DNA of 11,700 bases from Limisphaerales bacterium (GTDB lineage Bacteria > Verrucomicrobiota > Verrucomicrobiia > Limisphaerales > JAJOIW01): contig CBFHOE010000008.1 of NCBI GenBank assembly GCA_965657355.1, forward strand, positions 99,884 to 111,583, read 5' to 3'. Below, one piece after another: positions 1 through 6,233 of this stretch. The notes beneath the pieces are model-generated. The model saw nothing but the letters and a program-made list of their open reading frames with translations, did not search any database and was not told the DNA's origin. The translations under genes and the position numbers were made by a program. Position 1 is the first letter of the stretch. Each line of letters starts with the position of its first letter.

Positions 1-1
1 C

Positions 2-148
2 GTAAAGACATTTCCAAATGAAGGAATCATTACAAGTTCGTTAAACTTGCAAGAAATGATATTATGCACACCAGTGGCCAATAAAGGACAGGTGTTCTTG
101 AGAAGTGACAGCAAGCTTTGGAAGCTATCTGCTCCTCTGGTCCTTTAG
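2..148 (+). CDS. 3' end (partial) of a PQQ-binding-like/BamB-type beta-propeller repeat protein
   Basis: My translation of frame +2 is open from the window edge to TAG at 146-148: VKTFPNEGIITSSLNLQEMILCTPVANKGQVFLRSDSKLWKLSAPLVL*. The segment 'ILCTPVANKGQVFLRSDSKLWKL' resembles the last-blade pattern (xxTPAxxxGxIYLRxxxxLWxI) of PVC PQQ-like propeller proteins. It is absent from the ORF track because it is truncated. Confidence 0.7.
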   Translation, partial: VKTFPNEGIITSSLNLQEMILCTPVANKGQVFLRSDSKLWKLSAPLVL

Positions 149-392
149 GTGGCCTCCGAAATTCGAATGAGATTTTACACTTTGTCTCTTAATGGCAATG
201 GGATTACACCCTGTGGTGGGCTTGAGTTTTATTAAGAGTAGAGAAAAAGTAATGTCCCAACCAAGTCCGACTCTTGGTTTACTCCATATTTTGTATTCTA
301 TCATTTAAAATCATGAATCAACCGGTCATCATTTGATTTTAAGCAATAATTATTTTGCAAAACTGAAAATAAACTGCTTAATGATTTAAAAA

Positions 393-1424
393 ATGAACAA
401 GATCTCAATCTTCATCTATCTGGCACTGGCTCCGATTCTTTTGGCTGATCAACTTTTGGGCGCGGAACAAATTATTCAAAAAGTAAGATTTGTATCCTCG
501 GATTCCAAGACCAAAAAGCTACTCCCCAAAACAGTCATCACTGAGATTCTTGGTAGGGGGTTCGGTGTCGCAGAAGGACCTGTTTGGGATGCAAAAAATA
601 ATCAGCTGCTTTTTTCGGATATTCAGGCTAACTCAGTTTACTCCTGGTCTGAAGAGGCTGGTCTTACCTTTTTCTTGGCAAGAAGCGGTTACACTGGATT
701 TGCTCCAATTTACCCGGATTCCTTGCTATTAGGCTCAAATGGCCTTGCTGTGCATGACGGTCATCTTTTGTTGTGTCAGCACGGCGACAGAAGATTAGTT
801 TCCATGCCAGTCAGTGCCCCTCTACCAAAAAACTACAAGACACTCGTAGCCCGTTTCAAAGGGAAACGTTTGAACAGTCCAAATGACATTGTTGTTTCCA
901 AAAATGGTCAAGTTTACTTCACCGATCCGCCCTATGGCTTCGCTGATTTGCCGAATAGTGATCCAGTAGCAAAAAAAATGGTATTTGATCGTTCTGCTCA
1001 GGAGCTTTCATTTTGCGGCATATACAAATACGATTTGAAATCAAGCAAGCTTGAACTGATTTCCGATTCTATGGAATTTCCGAACGGTGTTGGATTATCG
1101 CTTGATGAAAAATACCTCTATGTCAATAGCTCCAATATGTCGAAGCCAGAGATGATGCGTTTTGATCTCACCAATGGAAAAGGAGAATTGTTTTTCAATG
1201 GTCCGTTCGCCCCAGATGAAACTGGTTGGTTTGACGGAATGGACGTCCACCCATCAGGAGCAATCTTTACCGCGGGGCCAGGGGGAATCGTTATTGTTTC
1301 TGAGGATGGTGAGCACTTAGCAACCATACCGCTTGACGCGCCAGCGACTAATGTTTGTTTCGATGAATCTAAAAAAACTTTATATTACACCGGTTTCGGC
1401 TTTATGGGCAGAATCCTGTTTTAG
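393..1424 (+). CDS. Exported SMP-30/gluconolactonase/LRE (SGL) family six-bladed beta-propeller hydrolase
   Basis: Family motifs are present in order: AEGPVW, LFSDI, GSNGL, CQHGDRR, RLNSPNDIV, YFTDPPYG, FPNGVGLS, FDGMDV, ATNVCF. The Glu/Asn/Asn/Asp metal ligands look intact. The N-terminus is signal-peptide-like (MNKISIFIYLALAPILLA). Confidence 0.93.
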   Translation: MNKISIFIYLALAPILLADQLLGAEQIIQKVRFVSSDSKTKKLLPKTVITEILGRGFGVAEGPVWDAKNNQLLFSDIQANSVYSWSEEAGLTFFLARSGYTGFAPIYPDSLLLGSNGLAVHDGHLLLCQHGDRRLVSMPVSAPLPKNYKTLVARFKGKRLNSPNDIVVSKNGQVYFTDPPYGFADLPNSDPVAKKMVFDRSAQELSFCGIYKYDLKSSKLELISDSMEFPNGVGLSLDEKYLYVNSSNMSKPEMMRFDLTNGKGELFFNGPFAPDETGWFDGMDVHPSGAIFTAGPGGIVIVSEDGEHLATIPLDAPATNVCFDESKKTLYYTGFGFMGRILF

Positions 1425-1579
1425 TGGCTATTGCTTATTTTCCTTAATCAATTAACCCTTTCAATATAATGAGAGGGAGTTTTGATAATGTGTGAAACCC
1501 CATGTGATGATTTTTTTATGGTTAGGAACCACATCAGATAAATCGCAGGCTATATAAAACAATCGAAAAATTTGATAAC

Positions 1580-1609
1580 CTTTCGGCAAACGCCATAGAA
1601 AGTTTTTTT
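1580..1609 (+). terminator. Possible intrinsic terminator in the convergent intergenic gap
   Basis: CTTTC-GGC-AAAC-GCC-ATA-GAAAG forms an 8-bp stem with a 3-nt bulge and is followed directly by T7 (1603-1609). Confidence 0.45.
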
Positions 1610-1753
1610 AAGGTTCTTTGTCTCAACCAGCATGAAAAACCAGTTTGCTGAATGCATTTCTGAGCCTGGCCATGGAAACTTTTTATCCAGGTTGTGATGA
1701 CAATCAAAAGGGTGGAAAAAATAATTACCATCGATTTGCCCAAAAAAACTTTA

Positions 1754-2545
1754 TTATTTAACTTTTGAGTAAACAGAATGTTCTTTTGGGTAAAATTTCT
1801 CATGAAGCCGGAGCAATCTTTCTAATTCAACAATGGGGGTTTCATGATCATCAACTCTGATATCAATAAATCTGTCATTGAGGCCTGCGTATCCCCCATT
1901 TTTTCTCACAATAAGAAGAGCAGCAGATTGCCTGCCTCTCCTGTCCCCCCCTTGAGATTGGGCCCCCTTCAACGCATTGATTAGTCTTTGAGGGAATGGA
2001 TATCTCTGGTCATTTTGGTCTTTTGTTTTTAAATAGCCAATCTCCATATGCTCTATGACTTTTTTTGAGGCCAAAAGATTACCCTGAATGGCAAAATTTT
2101 TACCAGTGGAATGACCCGCATAGCCATGACACTTTTTCCCCGTGTGTGAGGCAGACATACCTAAACTATTTACAATGCCAATTTGCCTATTCTCCTTGTT
2201 TTTATCACCATCAGTAAGCAGCTTGATCACTTCTGTCGGTGTTTTTTTCCACTTTAGCAAATCCAAACCATCTGGCCCGTATTTTGTATTGGCATAAGAT
2301 TGCGTTGCAATAGCTCCAATCCCAGCTTTTGCCCAGGGTACGACGGAACCTACTGCCAGGAATTTGCTTTGCACCGCAACCCCTAGGTCCCCAGTCTCGG
2401 GATCGTATGCGACTATGGAGAACGTGTTGACATCTGGTATATCAGCGTCACCATAATCTCCCGAGGTCAAATCTAGCGTTAAATTAGCGATAAAAACGGG
2501 AATCAGGATTAATGCATAAACATTGTTTATTCTTAAAAACTTCAT
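1754..2545 (-). CDS. DUF1028 family (Ntn-hydrolase-like) protein with N-terminal export signal
   Basis: Signature TFSIVAYDPETGDLGVAVQSKFLAVGSVVPWAKAGIGAIATQS, then RQIGIV, HTG, IQGNLL, GGDRRGRQSAALL and DIRVDDHETPIVEL. A hydrophobic N-terminal segment is present. It ends in a tandem TAA TAA. Confidence 0.92.
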   Translation of the reverse strand: MKFLRINNVYALILIPVFIANLTLDLTSGDYGDADIPDVNTFSIVAYDPETGDLGVAVQSKFLAVGSVVPWAKAGIGAIATQSYANTKYGPDGLDLLKWKKTPTEVIKLLTDGDKNKENRQIGIVNSLGMSASHTGKKCHGYAGHSTGKNFAIQGNLLASKKVIEHMEIGYLKTKDQNDQRYPFPQRLINALKGAQSQGGDRRGRQSAALLIVRKNGGYAGLNDRFIDIRVDDHETPIVELERLLRLHEKFYPKEHSVYSKVK

Positions 2546-2598
2546 ATATATCTAAATTAAGTCAGAAATCGTCTGGAGACTACCTCGGGCGTTGAAGG

Positions 2599-2628
2599 TT
2601 GATATTCATATTCCAGTTTGATCATAAT
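2599..2628 (+). promoter_or_regulatory. Candidate sigma70-type promoter of the histidine kinase gene
   Basis: TTGATA (2599-2604)-N18-CATAAT (2623-2628), each a 5/6 match to consensus, ending 58 nt upstream of the ATG at 2687. Confidence 0.45.
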
Positions 2629-2686
2629 CGGATTTCGAAAATTCTGAATTTTTTATCTAAAAAATCAATTAATCTCACCAAATGCA

Positions 2687-4426
2687 ATGGTAGCTGAGGA
2701 TAGAAATATATACAAAGAGCTGTACTCTGTAAGTAAGGATATCGTATCTAACCTTGAGCCCGACAAGGCTTTGCAGAAGATCATCGACTCGGCTGTTTGC
2801 TTGACTTCGGCTGTTTCTGGATCGGTGGCGTTGCTCAATCCCAACATGGGGCAACTGGAAATACTTGCAAGCCGAGGTCTGGACAATGATGCAAAAAACA
2901 TTCGTCTCGAGGTTGGTCGGGGTATTACTGGGCATGTAGCTGCTACTGGGGAGACGATTATGATAAATGATGTCTCCGAGGATAACCGGTATGTGTCTAT
3001 TCGTGAGAACGTCCAATCTGAGCTTGCTTGTCCCCTCGAGATTGACGGCCACGCCATAGGTGTAATTAACGTTGATTCAGAAAAAAAGCAGGCATTCTCA
3101 GATAATGACATTACCATTCTGCTTGAGCTGTCCTCCTTGGCAGCAAAGGTTATCAATAATGCTTGGAGACACGAGCAGGTTCTCCATCGTGTCTCTCTCT
3201 TTTCTGCCCTGACAAGAATTGGCCAGACAATTAATTCTTCTCTTACCTTGGAGGAAACCTTAAATGTCGTCGTTCTTGAAGCATGCAGTCTGATAGATGG
3301 GAAATTATCCTCTATCATGCTTATCAATCAATCAGACCCAGGTTTGCTGGAAATCAAAGCCACACACGGGGCAGGGAAGTCATATACTGATTCCCGCCGA
3401 ACAATCAATATTGAGGAAAGTTTGATGGGGATTGTCATCCGTCGACGAAAGCCAATACAGATCTCAGATGTCTTTGAAAGTAATAGATTTCAAAATCAAG
3501 ATATGGCGAGAGAAGAGGGCTTAGTCGCCGTTTTGAGCGTCCCACTAAAAACTCAGGACGCAATTATGGGTACACTGAACATCTATAAAGGAAAATCGCA
3601 TAGATTTTCAAATGAAGAAGTCGAGTGTGTATCTGTTCTGGCTGAACTCGCAGCCATTGCTATCCATAGAGCTACTCTGTATGGAGACATTGCTGCAAAA
3701 GAGAGGCAAATCAATCAAAATGAAAAATTATCCGCTCTGGGCTTATTGGCAGCCGAAGTTGCTCATGAAATTCGGAACCCTTTAACTGTAATTAAGATGC
3801 TTTTTCATTCAATGGAACTCGATTTTGGTGAACAGGACCCCAGAACAGAGGATACCAGAATCATAAGCGAGAAAATGAATCAATTAAATGAGATCGTCGA
3901 ACGAGTTTTAAGATTTGCTCGGAATTCGGAACCGGTGATTTCAGATGTGAACTTAAATAAGGAACTGGAGGATTTAGTTTCTTTGATAAGAGTAAAGTTG
4001 GATAAAGGAAATATCACCCTGGTGAAAGAATTTTCATCTGTAATTCCTAATATTAATGGTGACTCGCTTCAAATTAATCAGGCAATCTTAAATATTGTGA
4101 TTAATGCTTTAGAAGCAATGGATGAGGGTGGGAAGTTGATCCTGAGGACCCAGCGGATCTCCTCGGACACTTCTTCAGACCGCATCGAAAGTGAGGACAG
4201 AGTTCTTGTTGAGATCGCTGATACTGGAAAGGGAATTCCGCAAGGTATTCAGCAGAAATTACTCTCACCCATCCTTCACTCTACAAAGTCATCCGGTACG
4301 GGTATAGGTTTGGCTTTGGTGAAAAAAATAATGGATACACACAAGGCAGAGCTTATTGTCGATTCTGATTCGGGAAAAGGCGCTTCTGTTAAAATTATTT
4401 TTCAGCAAAAACCTCAGTTTGACTGA
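2687..4426 (+). CDS. Soluble GAF-GAF sensor histidine kinase (HisKA + HATPase_c, NtrB-like H-box)
   Basis: Two GAF domains (GRGITGHVAATGE...DVSEDNRY...LACPL...IGVINV; ESLMGIV...DVFESNRF...LSVPL...MGTLNIY). H-box AAEVAHEIRNPLT, N-box ILNIVINALEAM, G1 IADTGKGIP, G2 GTGIGL. No transmembrane segment. Confidence 0.95.
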   Translation: MVAEDRNIYKELYSVSKDIVSNLEPDKALQKIIDSAVCLTSAVSGSVALLNPNMGQLEILASRGLDNDAKNIRLEVGRGITGHVAATGETIMINDVSEDNRYVSIRENVQSELACPLEIDGHAIGVINVDSEKKQAFSDNDITILLELSSLAAKVINNAWRHEQVLHRVSLFSALTRIGQTINSSLTLEETLNVVVLEACSLIDGKLSSIMLINQSDPGLLEIKATHGAGKSYTDSRRTINIEESLMGIVIRRRKPIQISDVFESNRFQNQDMAREEGLVAVLSVPLKTQDAIMGTLNIYKGKSHRFSNEEVECVSVLAELAAIAIHRATLYGDIAAKERQINQNEKLSALGLLAAEVAHEIRNPLTVIKMLFHSMELDFGEQDPRTEDTRIISEKMNQLNEIVERVLRFARNSEPVISDVNLNKELEDLVSLIRVKLDKGNITLVKEFSSVIPNINGDSLQINQAILNIVINALEAMDEGGKLILRTQRISSDTSSDRIESEDRVLVEIADTGKGIPQGIQQKLLSPILHSTKSSGTGIGLALVKKIMDTHKAELIVDSDSGKGASVKIIFQQKPQFD

Positions 4427-4450
4427 AATACCTTCGAATGAACTAACCCA

Positions 4451-4873
4451 CTAAAGGTTTGGGTGGCTAATTTTTCCGCCGTAAAACGCTGCTGCCGTGA
4501 GAAGCAGCATTGTGATAATCCCAAAAACACTCACTAAAACTTTGGTATAATTTTTCAGTGGTTTCGATTTGCGAGATTGAAAAAGTGCCCAACCGGAAAC
4601 AAGGAACCAGAAAAATATTCCTGTTGTAGCGCGATCTGCCCAATCTTCGTGCATCTTGATTACCTCTTCTTTTGCATTGATTTTTTCAACTGCCGGGTCT
4701 CCAGTAAATTTAACTCCTACTCCTGCTATCGTCGTAAATATAATAACCCATAATACCATTCTTAAGCTGGCTATGTCTTTTCTTATCAATGAATAAAACC
4801 AAAAGATCATGCAAAACAAAGATCCGATTATGGGTATATGATTTGTTGCTAGGTGAATATGATTCCAATCCAT
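4451..4873 (-). CDS. Four-TM membrane protein, DUF2231-like
   Basis: Four hydrophobic helices with the pattern HxHxxxNH(I/F)PIIG ... TGD ... HEDWA ... GGKISH, typical of DUF2231-like small membrane proteins. Confidence 0.7.
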   Translation of the reverse strand: MDWNHIHLATNHIPIIGSLFCMIFWFYSLIRKDIASLRMVLWVIIFTTIAGVGVKFTGDPAVEKINAKEEVIKMHEDWADRATTGIFFWFLVSGWALFQSRKSKPLKNYTKVLVSVFGIITMLLLTAAAFYGGKISHPNL

Positions 4874-4957
4874 ACGCTATAATAATAAACTAAAAAAGTT
4901 CTTTATATTTTTAAAGATCTTTATTTTGATCCTATAAGGTATATTATTAAATAAAAT

Positions 4958-5374
4958 ATGGACTTAACTAGTATTACAGCAGCTGACCTTAAAAAGATAA
5001 CTTCACTTATAGAAAAGAAAGCAAAACTAACGGATCAAATTGACGCCATCGATAAAGAGTTAGCCTCTTTCGGCGGAGGAGCTTCCACAACCAAAACTTC
5101 ACGTCGAGGACGTCGGCCTGGTAGCGCTTCCCAAAAAGTTGCCGGAGCAAAGAGAGGCCCTAAAAAGGGATCAAATCGTGGTAGACGAGGTGGTAGAAAA
5201 GACGCCATCATCGCGATCCTTCAAGAAGCAGGTTCTCAGGGAGCAGCCGTGAAAGATATCGCCAAGCAACTAAAAGTTAAGCCACAAAACATTCATTCAT
5301 GGTTTCAAATCACTGGTAAAAAAACCCCTGAAATTAAAAAGGTTGGAACAGGTAAGTGGGCCTGGACGAGCTAA
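4958..5374 (+). CDS. Small basic putative DNA-binding/nucleoid-associated protein (coiled coil - basic linker - winged HTH)
   Basis: 138 aa with 30 K+R versus 11 D+E. There is a 3-4 hydrophobic repeat at L17/L24/I28/I31/L35/F38 and a G/R/K-rich linker with RGR motifs. The C-terminal region is HTH-like (IIAILQEAG...VKDIAKQLKVKPQNIHSWF) with a wing ending KVGTGKWAW. It has its own terminator downstream. Confidence 0.8.
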   Translation: MDLTSITAADLKKITSLIEKKAKLTDQIDAIDKELASFGGGASTTKTSRRGRRPGSASQKVAGAKRGPKKGSNRGRRGGRKDAIIAILQEAGSQGAAVKDIAKQLKVKPQNIHSWFQITGKKTPEIKKVGTGKWAWTS

Positions 5375-5407
5375 ATCAGTCATAGAAGCTTTATATTTCA
5401 TCCACGC

Positions 5408-5441
5408 GGCTGCCATCTACAAAATGTGGTAGCCTTTTTTT
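5408..5441 (+). terminator. Intrinsic terminator after the basic DNA-binding protein gene
   Basis: GGCTGCCA (5408-5415) pairs with TGGTAGCC (5427-5434; one G-U pair), followed by T7. Confidence 0.7.
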
Positions 5442-5597
5442 GTATATTCTGACTTTAAATTTACTAGTGGCCTGATTCACAAAGGTTGTCATCACGGATG
5501 AATCATATTTCATTATATTGACTTGAAATATTTAGTCGGATACCACATGTTTCCCACATTCTTGCGAATGATAAAGAATTGAAGAACAACTCTACTT

Positions 5598-6158
5598 ATG
5601 CCTACAGGAAATGATTTAAGAAAAGGGATGGCCATAAAGTACAACAATGAAGTTTGCGTAGTACTTGACATGCAACACCGCACACCTGGTAATTTGCGAG
5701 CCTTTGTCCAAGCATCTTTGAGAAACTTAAGAACTGGAAAATCCATGGACGTGAGGTTTAGTTCTACTGAAAAAGTAGAAGTCATTCCTATGGAGGATAA
5801 AAAAATGGAGTTCAGTTACAAGGACGGGGAGGACTTCGTTTTCTCTGACGTGGATACATACGAGACTATCAGCTTAACTCCAGAGATAGTTGGAGAAGCC
5901 CCGAAATATATGACTGAAAATGCTCCTGTGACGATTATTTTCGTCGGAGGTAACCCGGTGTCCGTGGAATTGCCATCAAGTGTGGTTCTTACTGTTGCTG
6001 AGGCCCCAGAAGGAATCAAAGGCGACTCAGCAAATAATGTTCAGAAAACAATTACCCTCGAGACTGGAATAAATATTCAAGCTCCTCTCTTCATCAAGAC
6101 TGGAGAAAAAATAAAAGTTGATACACGTAATGGTAAATATATGGAGCGTGCCAATTAA
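5598..6158 (+). CDS. efp: Translation elongation factor P (Asn-tip variant, loop PGNLR)
   Basis: 186 aa with DLRKGMAI, HRTPGNLRAFVQ, RNLRTG, FSYKDGEDFVF, ELPSSV, GIKGDS, LETG, PLFIKTGEKIKVDTRNGKYMER, which is the full three-domain EF-P pattern. Confidence 0.97.
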   Translation: MPTGNDLRKGMAIKYNNEVCVVLDMQHRTPGNLRAFVQASLRNLRTGKSMDVRFSSTEKVEVIPMEDKKMEFSYKDGEDFVFSDVDTYETISLTPEIVGEAPKYMTENAPVTIIFVGGNPVSVELPSSVVLTVAEAPEGIKGDSANNVQKTITLETGINIQAPLFIKTGEKIKVDTRNGKYMERAN

Positions 6159-6193
6159 TTTTTCTGACAACCATCAAGATTCAATTACATGAT

Positions 6194-6224
6194 AAAGCCC
6201 CCAATTATCTCTGGGGGTTTTTTT
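6194..6224 (+). terminator. Intrinsic terminator after efp, possibly bidirectional between convergent efp and pfkB genes
   Basis: AAAGCCCCCA-ATTATCTC-TGGGGGTTTT stem-loop with T7 at 6218-6224 and a short A-run on the left side. Confidence 0.85.
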
Positions 6225-6233
6225 AGTTCATCT

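Noticed and set aside
1585..1602. GGCAAAC...GAAA resembling the start of a c-di-GMP-I (GEMM) riboswitch
   Set aside because: The pairing around GAAA and the downstream GACGCAAA/P2 element are missing, and no gene lies downstream on this strand.
1534..1803. 89-aa minus-strand ORF filling the convergent gap
   Set aside because: It overlaps the DUF1028 3' end by 50 nt and has no recognisable motif. A shorter version from the internal Met cannot be excluded but has no support.
2665..3327. 220-aa and 125-aa (2675..3052) minus-strand ORFs
   Set aside because: They lie antisense to the well-supported histidine kinase and have no recognisable motifs, so they are shadow ORFs.
5473..5505. TGATTCA-N19-TGAATCA inverted repeat upstream of efp
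   Set aside because: Only 7-bp arms with a long unpaired spacer, which is expected by chance in AT-rich DNA.
5518..5546. efp promoter TTGACT-N17-TACCAC
   Set aside because: The -35 is good but the -10 lacks the conserved final T, so it is too weak to call.
4916..5560. oriC-like hints: GATCTTTATTTTG (13-mer-like) and TGATTCACA/TTTCCCACA (DnaA-box-like)
   Set aside because: There is no perfect DnaA box and no cluster. The elements are separated by a gene, and no dnaA/dnaN/gidA context is present.
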